A stretch of 64,000 nt of DNA, from the NCBI RefSeq assembly GCF_006345805.1, contig NC_043004.1, positions 33,418,001 to 33,482,000 on the forward strand, given 5' to 3'. This document shows, piece after piece, positions 1 through 13,487 of this stretch (its first letter is position 1; the number at the start of each line of letters is the position of its first letter). A program made the position numbers and the translations under genes. This stretch comes from Octopus sinensis (lineage: Eukaryota). A model generated the notes under the pieces. It was not told the DNA's origin. It saw nothing but the letters and a program-made list of their open reading frames with translations, and ran no database searches.

Positions 1-211
1 TGGGCTACTCAACCTGAAGAAAATTCTAACTGGGCCCCACCTGCAAGGTCATGTGCTGTTTATCTTGATATGAGATCACCATGTCGCGCACATATGGTTG
101 TGATGCATGTGCCTGGTGTACCTTTATCAGACGGGTAGTCATGATGGGTATATTGGGCTTCGTATATTTTACCCCAGTGTCACTTTGATGGCATGAACTG
201 CTCTCTCACTG
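1..211 (+). mobile_element. 3' part of a non-coding interspersed element ending in (AAT)n (same family as 38987-39547)
   Basis: Aligns by eye to 39337-39547 (GGGCCC..CAAGGTCATG..CAGACGGGTAGTCATGATGGGTATA..CTCTCTCACT) and is followed by (AAT)n. Confidence 0.85.
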
Positions 212-839
212 AATAATAATAATAATACATGTAGCTCCTACCAAATGCGTTGAGTGACACTTTCGTTTGTCCATTCATACATACATATGCATATACATAC
301 ATACATACATACATACATACGCACGTACATACATACACACACGCGCACACATACACACAGACATACATGTATATATGTCTGTATGTGTGTGTATGGCAAC
401 GATGCTTGAGTGTCGGTGAGTATAACTGGACGAGTATGATGGGGGTTTGTGGATATATGCTTTTGTATGTATAATATAAAATGTTTGCTTCAGTGTGTTC
501 TCCTTCATTGTATGTACGTGTTGCATTACGCTCCAAGAGACACTATGCGGGGTCAGTATCTGCGCATGTGGTGGCGTACTGCATACATATAATATTTGTT
601 GTGTGTGACATAAAAGGGGCTTCCTATAAAAATGTGTTTGTCTGTGTATGCAAGTGTAGTGTGCATGTAGAACGGGGAGGAGGAGGATAATGGAAGATGT
701 TATAGAGAAAGAAATGTTAAAAGTTAAGAAAATGGAAGTTTGGAGAGAGAGAGAATAATTTGCTGATCCTGATTTTTATAGATCCCTTGTGTTAAGCCAA
801 CAAAAACATAGAAAAATGGTATAAATATGTGTGTGTGTA

Positions 840-870
<31 letters not shown>

Positions 871-1005
871 TGTGCGCGCGTGCGCGTATGTATTCAACTT
901 TAATGGAATGTCATTTCATTTATAATTTCAACTGTCGTTGAAAAAGTGGTGATTGCTGTCAGCATGAAACCTTAGGTAGCAGAAAGTTAACAAAATTCTT
1001 GTTAA

Positions 1006-1008
<3 letters not shown>

Positions 1009-1068
<60 letters not shown>

Positions 1069-1095
1069 TATATATATATAATATATATATATATG

Positions 1096-1180
<85 letters not shown>

Positions 1181-1280
1181 GTATATATATATACACACAC
1201 ATACATACACACACATACACACATACACACACACACACATATATAAACGTTCATATATATATATACAAACGTAAATATAG

Positions 1281-1322
<42 letters not shown>
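1009..1322. repeat. Compound (CA)n/(TA)n microsatellite
   Basis: Direct reading. Confidence 0.95.
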
Positions 1323-1326
<4 letters not shown>

Positions 1327-2561
1327 TTGCTATATTATTTATATTCATCTAAGCAATGCTTTTTTTCTTCTTTTAATTATGAGAAATATTTGAAGTATTT
1401 GGTTGTTGTTGAATTACTACACATTCATACTAAATCACATTCCTTTGACAGCCCTCTCCTTACCTAAGTCGTGGCCCTTAAACTTCCAGCTTTCGCATGC
1501 TGTCATTGAGCAATTTATTTTTCATTACCTCAGATCATTCTTCCTCTCAGTTCAGACACTTCAGATCAACTTCGCAGTCAGAATAACCTATCAGCTTCAA
1601 ATCACAGATTCTTCATATGTTTTATAATTTTATTTTATATACTTCATTTTTTTTTTTTTTTTCTAAGCGTTATTTGTTTTCTTTACTTCTCTGTTTTGAA
1701 ACTCAATAAATCATTTAGTGTCATTGCAAACAAAATATGTCTTTTCACATTTCCATGCGGCTGAATCAACGTTTCATAGAGTTTTTTTTTAGTCTTCAAT
1801 TATGTTGTTAGCTTTGCGTTCTTTTTTATTTTATTTTTTTACTATTTTTCTATATTTCTGCTTTCTACTTTCTGCTCCATTAACAGCATACCTTCTACGA
1901 CAGGGATCAACATCAATGACATCCTCCACTTCCTTCCCTCCTTCTCCTTGTCCCCTTCCTCTGTTGTATCGAATGTCACCATTCATTTTCATCTTTCGGT
2001 ATTAGATTTGCGATAACTCGGTTTCTACGATCTAACTCCAAACTTCATTTCATGGGCATCTTCTTAAGTCTTTCTCTACATTAGATGTGCTTTATCAACG
2101 GCATACGGGACCTGTTGTTTCACCAGCCCTCTGCATGCATTCACATCACATCTCTATATAAGCCGAGTCATCTCACTTAGAAACGATAATTCATCCTTTT
2201 AATGATTCCTTAGCTTTCTAAACTAATTTATACTTTACTTTCATGAAACGCAATATCACATTTTCAGCAAAACATACCTGATGCATTTTGCTGTCATCTC
2301 CAATCTTTAAATATCTTCTACATTCAATTTACTATATAAAATCACGTTTCTTACAGATGCTTTGTATAATCTATCTTTTGTTAAGGGTCACCAATAGTTA
2401 TTGGTCACCAATAGCAGCAAAAACTCACTGATCTACTCTCTTTTCATTTTGGGATATATAAAAACGTGCGAATTCTGATTCTCATAAATGTTTGGCTGTC
2501 TTTTAGAAACGATTTACAAAACCCTTTCAATATTTTTTTTTTCCTTTTTTGCTTTTTTTCC

Positions 2562-2952
2562 TTCTCTAGGTACAAGGCTCGAAATTTTTGGGGAGGGAGC
2601 CAGTCGATTAGATTGAACCCAGTATGCAACTGGTACTTAATTTATCAACCCCGAAAGGATGAAAGGCGAAGTCGATCTTCGCGGAATTTGAACTCAGAAC
2701 GTAAAGACAGACAAAACACCTATTTCTTTACTACCCACAAGGGGCTAAACACAGAGAGGACAAACAAGGACAGACAAACGGATTAAGTCGATTATATCGA
2801 CACCAGTGCGTAACTGGTACTTAATTTATCGACCCCGAAAGGATGAAAGGCAAAGTCGACCTCGGCGGAATTTGAACTCAGAACGTAACGGCAGACGAAA
2901 TATGGCTACATATTTCGCCCGGCGTGCTAACAATTCTGCCAGCTCGCAGCCT
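2562..2952 (-). mobile_element. Two nested/tandem Meta(MESC)-like tRNA-derived SINEs: tail-A copy 2562-2720 and tail-B copy 2721-2952
   Basis: Minus strand: GGCGAGCTGGCAGAA-like head, GAGTTCAAAT B-box, GCCTTTCATCCTTTCGGGG..GATAAATTAAGTACCAG core; two different 3' tails. Confidence 0.85.
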
Positions 2953-3325
2953 TATAAAACCATTTCACTATTAAAACTTGATAGGTATAATTATACAAGC
3001 CCCTCCCCTCAAAACATCGTTGTCATTTTCTGGTGGCTTCTTTGAAGAAGGGGAAAAATGAGATCACAAATAATGCAGATTTTGTTTTAAAACGTGGAAA
3101 TACTCTTGCCAAGGCTAACTTTACCTTATGTCATTTGGGGTTGATGAAATAAAGTATCAGTCAAATACCAAGGTTGATTTAATCAATTAACTCACTCTCA
3201 GGAAATTCCTGTCCAAATTAGAAAACAACGTATCATAGTAGTCTTTCATTTTCTTTGAGTGGAAAGTTATGGCAACTCTTTGAACTTAATTGGTGCTGAC
3301 CCAACCTAAACGTCAATAATATTAT

Positions 3326-3537
3326 TTTCTACTCTAGGCACAAGGCTCGAAATTTTTGGGGAGGGGGCCAGTCGATTAGATCGACCCCAGTACACAATTG
3401 GTACTTAATTTATCAACCCCGAAAGGTTGAAAGGCAAAGTCAACCTTGGCGGAATTTGAACTCAGAACGTAAAGACAGGCAAAATACCGCTAAGTATATC
3501 GCCCAGCATGCTACCGTTTCTGCCAGCTCACCGCCCT
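3326..3537 (-). mobile_element. Meta(MESC)-like SINE, tail A, full length
   Basis: Head, B-box, core and CCCTCCCCAAAAATTTCGAGCCTTGTGCCTAGAGTAGAAAA tail. Confidence 0.85.
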
Positions 3538-4085
3538 TAAGAGTTAATAATATAGCAGGAAAATGTCATTCTTTTATATGTTCCCATAGTAAGAGTACTT
3601 CTGTCGAAATCAGTTATAAAGTTGGATGATAAATTACTGGAAACACAAGTCATTTTAAAAGAACATTCAAAGGTCGACTAAAATTAGTGTTTCTTTAGGA
3701 TTGTGAAGCTGATTTACACAAGAAAACTTCCAAAGTTTATTGGTAGAAATATCGAAGGACATAAAACCTATGACTCCTAAATAATTACTAATTAATTAAT
3801 CAAATAAAACTTTTCTGATAGTATTTATGTATTAATTAATATGTCTGCTGATAAATCTTTTTTTTTTACAGTAATCCCATCCAACTGTGATCCCAGTTGC
3901 TAAATCTCAGTTTTATATGGTTTGTAAATGACATGAATAAAGCTTTCAGACCAATAAATAAAGATGATGATGATGATGATAAAAGAAAATCGAAATATCC
4001 AATGTATTGTAAAGGCTATAACCTTGCATATTTGGGCTGCCAGATGAAATGATTAAATTTTGGAGCCAGTTCGTTCTCCAGACAC

Positions 4086-4150
4086 ACCCACCACCACCAC
4101 CACCACCACCACCACTACCACCACCACCACCACCACCACCACCACCACCT
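4086..4150. repeat. (ACC)n microsatellite
   Basis: Direct reading. Confidence 0.95.
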
Positions 4151-5007
4151 CTATCTCCACAACCACTAGTAACACCAACAACAAAACCACACAACCATCA
4201 CTAACATCATCCACCATAAACGCTATCACCTCTGCAATCATCATCATCAGCACCATCACCACAAATTTGAACACCCCTCTACCGTTTTTGGCATCAGCAG
4301 CCCTTTAAAAACAATGGTTGTAGTACTGATAGAATGGGATACATACCACCAATCTGATTTGTGCCCCAAATCAGATACACTGCAAAATAATGAAGTCTTC
4401 GAGAATTCTTCTACAACTTAATGAATTATGGGATGCATCCCATAATTTTGTTTCATAACAAAAGAAAAAGGCACCCTCACATTGATAAATGTCTCCTAGT
4501 GACTTCCTTGACAAGGACACCGTGATTGTCATGGAATTTTCTTCAGCGTTATTTAGTAGAATCAATTTTTATTGATTATTGAATATATATCAGCAGGTAT
4601 AACAACAATAATTTTGGTTTGTGAATTATGTGAAAAGGGATTTGCCTTTTTTGTATTCAATTGATTTTTCTTCAATCAATTTATAATTCTAGATTTAACA
4701 TTAATTGCCTCTCTTGTCTGAAACTTGATGCTTGGTTCTCTAAAATTAGCAGAATCGTTAGAATGATATTTTAATTCAAGTTCTCTGTAATCTGAATTCA
4801 AATTTTGCCATATTCAACAAAATTTACCTTTCATTTCGTTGGTGACCATATTTAAAGATTAGTGGAGAATAAAAAAGTATTCACCCATCACCTTCATTTG
4901 GTTACTCTTCACAAGATACCTCGCTGTCAGCCATTGGCAATTCTGAGAGCGAGAGAAGGAGAAAGAGAGAGAGAGAGAGAAAAAAAGAAGATGAAGTGCT
5001 TTGTATT

Positions 5008-5322
5008 ATAGGCACAAGGCCAGCAATTTTGGAGGAAGGAGTAACTCACATTGACCCCCAGTAATCAACTGGTATTTATTTTAACAGCCTATTTCTTTAT
5101 TACCCACAAGGGGCTAAACACAGAGAGGACAAACAAGGACAGACAAACGGATTGAGTCGATTACATCGACACCAGTGCGTAACTGGTACTTCATTTATCG
5201 ACCCCGAAAGGATGAAAGGCAATGTTGATCTCAATAGAATCTGAATGTAGGACATAAAGACGGATGAAATGCTGCTAAGCATCTTGGCCAGCATCTTCAC
5301 AATTCTGATAGGTCACTGCCTT
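5008..5322 (-). mobile_element. Meta-like SINE (tail B, 5089-5322) abutting the 3' part of an older tail-A copy (5008-5088)
   Basis: Same core and tails as 2562-2952. Confidence 0.8.
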
Positions 5323-5369
5323 CAAAATAAGAATTAGCACCAATATTTCACTGACTCTACAAGACAGTA

Positions 5370-5575
5370 AACTGAACGAATCATTAGCTTGCCAGGGCAA
5401 ATGTTTAGCTGCAATATGTCCCATCTTTACGTTCTGAGTTCAAATGCCACCTAGGTTGACATTGCCTTTCATCCTTTCGGGATCGCTAGAATAAGTATCA
5501 GTTGTGTACTGGGGTCAGTGTAAGTGACTTACCACTTCCCCAAAATTTCCGGCCTCCAGTGAAAATTCGAAACCA
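5370..5575 (+). mobile_element. Diverged Meta-like SINE
   Basis: GTTCTGAGTTCAAAT..GCCTTTCATCCTTTCGGG..AATAAGTATCAG. Confidence 0.75.
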
Positions 5576-5619
5576 ATAATTGACTGTGACCGAATTATAA
5601 ACAGTAGCTGCACGACTTC

Positions 5620-5862
5620 GTGAAGTATATTTGCCACCTAAGTATGGCTAACCCTTAAGGGTCGATGCTACTGTAGCGTGTAGTCCCAGGAAGACATCTC
5701 CTCCAGCTGGCTATTGGGAACGATGACTTCCCTTTGCAAGTACTTACAGGGCACAGATAGTGTGTCAATAGCCAGCTGGAGGAGATGTCTTCCTGGGGCT
5801 ATAAGCTACAGTACCATCGATCCTTAAGGGTTAGCCACACTTAAGTGGCAAATATACTTCAC
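5620..5862. mobile_element. Foldback/MITE-like element with ~97 bp inverted arms
   Basis: GTGAAGTATATTTGCCAC...CCAGCTGGCTATTG (5620-5716) mirrored by CAATAGCCAGCTGG...GTGGCAAATATACTTCAC (5766-5862). Confidence 0.85.
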
Positions 5863-8189
5863 AGTAATTGACTGGTACTTTATTTACCAAGATCAAAGAA
5901 TGGAAGGCAAAGTCAGTTGTGGCAGAATTTGAACTCAAAGCACAGACAACTGGAAAGAAAATACCATTCTAACAGCTCTGCTAGTTTTAGAGAACCAGGC
6001 TTAAAGTTTCAGACAAGAGAGCCAATTAATGCTAAAGTTATTAGGTATTTTACTTTAATCTTCCCATTTTCCTTATCAGGAAAGCAGGAAATTCATGTTA
6101 AAATAGTTGCGTCCTGAAGTTCATTTATTTGTGGAAATACTTTAGTCATGTAATAGGCTTTTATTTACGTGAAAGCTATTGCAAACGATCCACTTGAGGT
6201 TGCAAATGATCTCCTTCAGCTTGAGAAACAAGTGAAGTAGATAAACAACACACTTGCAAACTGAACATTGTCTAGACTTTCTTCCTAACAATAACTTACT
6301 ATTGATTATTGAATAGATATCACAAGATACAACAATAATAATTTTTGTGAGTGAATTATGTGAAAAGAGCCTTTTTTTAAAAAATTTTTTGATAGACGTT
6401 TTTGTTCCTTTTTTCGATTTATAATTTTAGGTTTTTAAGCATTTTAAATCATGGAGCCTTACATCTTGACTCTTTAATACCTGATTGCTCTAATTTTAGA
6501 TTTTATATTTTGTATTCGTTTTAATCTGTGATAGAATAAACAAAAATAAATATATACATAAAAATAAGAAATAGAAACAAAAAGAGTAAATAGTATTTAG
6601 GCAAATAAACGAATGTCAGCTCGTTCTACTTTGGGCGTAATCAGCTACAGGTTGTACATCAACTTAATTGGTGTAATTGTTTTATTTTTATTCTTTACAT
6701 CAAAGCTTCCATTGAAGTATAAATGGAATTTGATTGGTAAAGACTACATGCCACAACATCCATTTATCCTTTCCTAAAAATGTGAAGTTCTTTGATTATA
6801 GGAGAAATAATTATTAACAAAGGAATTGCTAGAACAACGGGGTTCTGTTGCTAACCATTGAATTGTGAAGTAGGAGTGGCACCTATTTTCAGCGAAAAAC
6901 ACAGAAATATGCTGAGTTAATGTGAATTTTCTTAGAGTAGGAATACAATGACTTTGTCTGTTTAGATTCATGGACTTCTACTTAATATTCTATATTCTGT
7001 ATTCTGTATTCTTCTACTTAATATTCTATAACCATTATCATACAACCACCAAAATCACTACATTTAAATGGAAATGAATAATAATGTTCGAAATCAAAGA
7101 CAAAAAGACTGCACCAAAGAGAAACCTCAAATAATAGTTTAATCTGTGCCCAAGATTTGGAACTGATTTGATTGATTCTTGAAAAAGCAACTTAAAATAA
7201 ACCCATTATTTTTCGGGTATTTGAATACATTACTCAGGCTGGGTAACTTCAAAAGTTTTGCAATATCTTGGAGTATATTAAGTGAAGACTCTGTTATGAT
7301 AGGTTGGAGAATGTAATATGTTGATGGAACCGCAACAATTATTGAAAGACATTAATAAATCAGTCATAAATTTTGTGTACATTATATTTGAAACTAATAT
7401 AGCTTGCTTTATTAATCTAAAATATCAAACTACCTATCTTACAAGTATTTCATTTTAATATAGACTCATAATTTTGAGCCTCTTAGACGTGAAAGAAGGA
7501 AGTCTAATGAAAAATTAATTTAAATTTTGGATCAGAAATAGTTAATATGTCTTGAGTGTTTCATACAAATTCTAACGTATTTTTAATTTCATATATTTGA
7601 TAATAAATTCTTTTGCTAGAGAGATACAATTAACAGCCTCTACATGAAGTTGTTATGTAACACGTTATATTAACTCTATTTATTGTTATGGTGTATAAAG
7701 AAAAGACCAGACAGAGATTCTGTAACACAGTGAGAGGTCTCAGTGCTTGAGGCAAGGCAAGTATTGTGTGTGTGTGTGTGTGTGTGTATGCATAGATACT
7801 ATTTCTTTTATTTGTTAATATTACTTCATTTCTCACTGTCCAAATTTTTGGACCCTTAGAATTTTGCATCTATGTCAACCAGCCCTGTAACTCTACCCAA
7901 CGCTACTGATAAGTTTCAGTACTTGAGTTGAAGCACATACATAGTTGAGAATAATTGAGGTGAGTGATTGTCTTTCAGATAATTTTTAATCAAGATTAAT
8001 TAGAATTCGAAATAGCTCTGCATTGTAGACAGTTTAAAACATTTTGGGAAGTGAATTTCGCATTTAACTAAGTATATTTTCCCAGAAATTCCAGATGTGG
8101 GTGACATTCTGACAGCTTGTATCTTGTAACTAGTCAATGTTTTGTCTCCGCTAAAGACAAATGGCATATATGAACAGCCGTTCTTTTTG

Positions 8190-8405
8190 TTATTTAAGTT
8201 CGAGTCAGTTTTGATGAAGCAGATTTATGAAAAAAAGACATTCCATCTGTGACCATTCTGTTCTCTTATTCACACATAGCAAATCTAGTGTAGCTGTATC
8301 CAACAGGTTATTTTTTAAGATTGTAGAGTGCGACTTGAAGGAGATTTGACAGTTATTTGTCGCAGGCCAAGTGATCACATAAAGATTTTCTTGTTGGTTT
8401 TATAA
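8190..8405 (-). repeat. Old interspersed repeat (related copies near 34930-34970, 58240-58430, 60530-60610)
   Basis: Shared motif CTGCT.GA.ATAGCA...AAATCTCCCTCAAATCACAC in diverged copies; this copy is in reverse orientation. Confidence 0.5.
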
Positions 8406-9390
8406 TAAGAGGTTACTTTAACCCCAGCTAGCCCTGGCTAGACAAAGCCTAATGGTTCGTGGTTGTAGATAGTACAACTACCTATAGTTGATAACTGTTT
8501 CATTAGCTTACAAGGTTAACTTCATAAGATACAATAGAGGAAACTTCAGTTTAATTGCTTGAAACAATCAAGCTATTCATTCAAGTCATTTGCCCAAACA
8601 AGTACAATTCCGAAATCTATTCATTTTACAAGTGAAGAAATATATATAATCTTTTCTTTGTTTATTGATTGTGTCCTTTAGATTCTGTTACAAATTATTC
8701 ATTTTTCGTGTTTTCTTATTTAAATTCAATCTTTTATGCATTTGTTTATTGTAAATGTTATCACATTACTATATTGTGCGATTCCAAATACATTGAAGTA
8801 TTTTTTAAATAGATAGTTCCCTAGTCCTTGTTGATATTTTCATTGCTTGTTTAGCTGATACTGAAATTATTTAGACCAATTTTCATCCCACCTTTTCAAT
8901 GATTTCAAATTATCCATCTGATTTTCTTGTGTATCTTATATACTGAGGACAGAGGTAGAGCATGCACAAACAACTGTCAGTGAAACTTCGAACTGTGTGC
9001 TCGTGAGAGATGGGTGTATCAGCACTGATAGTGGGTTGTAGTGGTCATCAAATTCTGCAGCTGAAGATGAGCGGCGTAAGTTCCTGTAGCCATTTCAATT
9101 TAGCTGTGCCGCGACTACTGGCTAGATACCAGTCAAACCATCCATATACAGGTCATGGTCTATCAAAGAAAAAGCTCTAAAGACAAATTTGTTAATGACA
9201 TTTCTGTATGTTGTTTATCCAAAAATGTTTACAGTAATTAAGATTTTAATGAGTTGAACATCTGCTGGTGCTATGTCACTGGTCCATTAGCAACTGATAA
9301 AACCAAATTCTTAATGTTTCTACCAGAGATCTGAATGGTTAGTCATTTGCTGCTGTCATCAATCCTTGAAAGAATCTAATTTGTTGCTTA

Positions 9391-10072
9391 TACGAGGGAG
9401 AGTCATGTATTTACTCAAGAGCAGGGGATAAACAAGTACGTCATTTTTCTATATAGTCTCCTTCCATTTCGATCCACTTGGTCCGGCGGTCCACAAGCAT
9501 GCGTATTTCCTCCAAGGAGAAGGTTTTCAGTTGGTCGTACAACCATTTATGCACCGCTTCCCTCATATCGTCACCTGTAGAAAATCGATGACCTCGTAAA
9601 CCATTGGTCCAAAGTTATGATAGTCAGAAGTGGCAAGATCTGGGCTGTAGGCAGGGTGTTCCAGCACCTCAAAACCCAATTGTTTAATGGTTTCAACGGT
9701 CTGGGCGGCCGTATGTGGGCGTGCATTGTCATGCAACAATAGAATCTTTTCGACAATAGGCTTCGGCGTTTGGTGCGAATTGCTGGCTTCAGTTTGTTGG
9801 TCAGTAAAGCGCTGTATCTTGCACTGCTGATTGTTCATCCCTTTTCTAGAGAAATCGGATCACTGCTCTTTGTTCTTCTTTGGTGCACCTTGCTAGTGGA
9901 GTGGCCATGCTTACACTTTAAAGTAAGAAGGGAAAATGGCACGACCAGGCCCAAACTTCGATCACGTGACCACAATAATGCAAACTATAAGTACGCATGT
10001 GCGGGAGGCAGTGTGTAAATAACAAAGATATGTTATGGCGAAAGCACGGATATTTTTTGTCTTCCCTTCGTA
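9391..10072 (-). mobile_element. Internally deleted mariner (DD34D) transposon
   Basis: ORF 9563-9838 has ILLLHDNARPHTA...LEHPAYSPDLATSDY (second and third catalytic D motifs); imperfect TA-bounded TIRs TACGAGGGAGAGTCA / TACGAAGGGAAGACA. Confidence 0.9.
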
Positions 10073-10377
10073 GTTATTTTCATATCTGAGCACATTGATT
10101 TCGATTTCAGTTTCCCGACAATAAGTTGGTGTTTGGGACTTTCCCAATATTCCTGCGTATCTAGACAAGTATTGTTGCAATAAAAATTGATTCAAGTTAA
10201 AACCTTAAGATTTTTACTGCCATTTCGATTCTTCTCAGAATTCTCTCATATTCAAGATATTTGAATAACTCGCACTCTCGCTAAACCATGACTACCAACA
10301 GAAGTTTTAACTCAAAACAATCTCCAGGACAAGATTAAAACTATGATATTTCAAACTACTTTACTAGTTCTTGCCAA

Positions 10378-10416
10378 TCATCATCATCATCATCGTCGTC
10401 GTCGTTGTCGTCATCG

Positions 10417-10453
<37 letters not shown>
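10378..10453. repeat. (CAT/CGT)n microsatellite
   Basis: Direct reading. Confidence 0.95.
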
Positions 10454-10889
10454 TCCATGGTGGCCTGTGTTGCTGAGGCCGTCAATGTTAAAATCAGTAA
10501 CCATAACCTGCACATCTCCTTTTTCTATCACCAACCAATTTACAGAGACCACTGGATGCGTTTTCGTTTCATGCTAACACAAGGGAGTCATTGATGAGAC
10601 AGAACTAGCAGAACCTTTTAATTTTATTGTCTTTTACTCACGGAGACAGGCTTGACTTTCGATATTCCTACATAGGTATATAGATGAACTAATATGAGAA
10701 ATTTATCAGAGGTATTTATCATTATCTGAAGGAAGATAGGGAGACGATTGCAGGAATGTTGTAAAGATATTTTTGAGGGAAGGGAAAGATATTTATATGA
10801 AAATGGATGAGTAATGTGTGAGAAAAAACAAATTTTTAATGGTAATTCTAACAATTCGTAGAATTAGTAGAGATTTTGTGTCTTTCTCA

Positions 10890-11102
10890 TCTTTTACTTG
10901 TTTCAGTCATTAGACTGTGGCCATGCTGTGGCACCGCCTTCAAGAATTTTAGTCGAATGAATTGGCTCCAGTATTTATTTTTTTCAAATCTGGTACTTAT
11001 TCTGTCAGCCTTTCTGGCCGAACTGCTAAGTTATGGGGATGTAAACACACTAACACTGGTTGTCAAGCAGTAGTGGGAGAAGAATATAGTCACAAAGACA
11101 CA

Positions 11103-11142
<40 letters not shown>

Positions 11143-11320
11143 CACACACACACACGCACGACGGGCTTCTTTCAGTTTCCGCCTACCAAATCTACTAACA
11201 AGGATTTGGGCAGCCCGAGGCTATAATAGAAGGCATTTGCCCATGGTGCCACGCAATGAGATTGAAACAGGATCCAAGTGTATGGAAAGCAAACTTCTTA
11301 TCACACAGCCACCCCTGCAA
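10890..11320 (-). mobile_element. CORE-like tRNA-derived SINE with internal microsatellite
   Basis: Minus strand: GGCTGTGTG..AAG head, GGCACC.TGGGCAA.TG.CTTCTA.TATAGCC core, ATGACTGAAACAAGTAAAAGA tail. Confidence 0.85.
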
Positions 11321-11575
11321 TTATGATGAAAAGGTAGAGAAAATTGCGAGAGACCTTTTATGCTGGCCGAAAGTGCAGTTATAAAATTGGTTACGTGAAA
11401 GGTAATAGCTGTTCTAAGGGTACAACAAGAGAGCAAAAAAGAAAACCTTTATAGAAGAAGGACAACAATTTTGCTAACTCAATTTTCCCCGTCTCTACTG
11501 AACCTACATTTCATTATTTATGAATAGATCAGATAACAAAGTAGATATAACGTGCATTGACTAGAATATGATACC

Positions 11576-11808
11576 TATTTCTTTACTACCCACAAGGGGC
11601 TAAACACAGAGAGGACAAACAAGGACGAACAAACAGATTAAGTCGATTATATCGGCCCCACTGCGTAACTGGTACTTATTTAATCGACCCCGAAATGATG
11701 AATGGCAAAGTCGACCTCGACGGTATTTGAACTCAGAACGTAACGGCAGACGAAATACGGCTACGCATTTCGCCCGGCGTGCTAGCGATTCTGCGAGTTC
11801 ACCGCCTT
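11576..11808 (-). mobile_element. Meta-like SINE, tail B, with long flanking direct repeat
   Basis: Full head-core-tail; flanks 11442-11575 and 11811-11894 are duplicated. Confidence 0.85.
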
Positions 11809-12458
11809 GAAAAACCTTTATAGAAGGACAACAACTTTGCTTACTCAATTTTCCCCGTCTCTACTGAACCTACATTTGACTAGACTATGATACCGGAGCA
11901 ACCATTGTGCCTGTAGTGAACAGATTCATTTAAACCAGATTAACAAGATGCTTATTGGACAGTAACAGTAAAAATTCAACAAAAACGCAAAAATTTCCCT
12001 TGCTGTAAGCACTGCTGACAGAGTTTTAGAAATGCTGCCATCGTGTTCATTATTATTATTATAATTTTACTGTCCATTCTTCATATTAAAATAATTAGGA
12101 TGGGTCTGGGTATTATGTACCTCTGCTTGCCACAAAAGATAAATCGAAATTAACTCGACAGCAAAAGCTTTTTCTTACAGTTGCTGAGAATTGTATGATT
12201 TGTGTAAATGAAATCGGACATGACAAAATATTATGCTGAAATAATTGTTAACATGTCATTTGTGCAGTAAAACAATAAAACAGTGTTAAAGTAATTAGTA
12301 ATAATGTGTGTACTTTTGTGATGTTTATAACTATGATTCAGTGTTAGAGAGACCTGCAGCTGATAGTGTCATGATAAACTGGCAAGTATGTATAAAGGTA
12401 CAGTTGTAATAGCTATATGAGTGCTGAGAATGTGAGGAGTGGTAGAGAGGAAAATATA

Positions 12459-12687
12459 AGGCGGGGAGCTGGCAGAAACGTTAGCACGCCGGGCAAAATC
12501 GTAGCCGTATCTCGTCTGCCGCTACGTTCTGATTTCAAATTCCGCCGAAGTCGACTTTGCCTTTCATCCTTTTGGGGTCGATAAATAAAGTACCAGTTTC
12601 GCACTGGAGTCGATGTAATCGACTTAATCCGTTTGTCTGTCCTTGTTTGTCCCCTCTATGTTTAGCCCCTTGTGGACAATAAAGAAC
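12459..12687 (+). mobile_element. Meta-like SINE, tail B, with 33 bp flanking direct repeat
   Basis: Full head-core-tail; TGAGAAT[G/T]TGAGGAGTGGTAGAGAGGAAAATAT at 12425-12457 and 12694-12726. Confidence 0.9.
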
Positions 12688-13077
12688 TATATATGAGAAT
12701 TTGAGGAGTGGTAGAGAGGAAAATATTTTCATCATCATCATTGTTTCTCGTGTTGTTGGCGTCATCGTCATCGTCGCTATCACCGTCATTGTTTTAACGC
12801 TCTCTATTACATGCTTGCATAGGACGGACGGATTTTATGGGGGATGATTTTCTACGGCCGGATACTCTTTCTGTCATCAACCCTCACCTATTTCTGAGTA
12901 ACATCATATTTTATCGTGGTCGGACATATTTCTCCAGAATATTGAAAATTACTGCAATCACCTGTATGAGAGTGAATCTCATTTATTGTCAACACACGCG
13001 CACACACACACACACACACATACACACACGTATGTGCCTATGTATGTATCTGAGTACGTGCACACGCACACACATAT

Positions 13078-13462
13078 TAGGCATAGGCGTGGCTGTGTGG
13101 TAAGAAGCTTGGTTCCCAACAACACGGTTTCCGGTTCAGTCCCACAACGTGGCACCTTGAGCATGCGCCATCTACTAAAGCCTCAGGCCGATCAAAGCCT
13201 TGTGAGTGGATTTGGTTGATGGAAACTGAAGGAAGCCTGTCATATGTATACATGTATATCTATGTATGTCTGTTTTTGTCCCCTCATCCCCACTTGACAA
13301 CCGTTATTGGTGTGTTTACGTCCCCATAACCAGTTGTTTTGCAAAACTGACCGAGAGAATAAGTACTAGGCTTTGAAAATTAGTCCAGGGTTCGATCAAC
13401 TAAAATTCTTCAAGGCGGTGCTCCAGCATGGCCACAGTCAAATGACTGAGACAAGTAAAATA
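13078..13462 (+). mobile_element. CORE-like SINE
   Basis: TAGGC..AGG.GTGGCTGTGTGGTAAG head through CAAATGACTGA.ACAAGTAAAA tail. Confidence 0.85.
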
Positions 13463-13487
13463 ATAAAATAATATATATATATATAAA

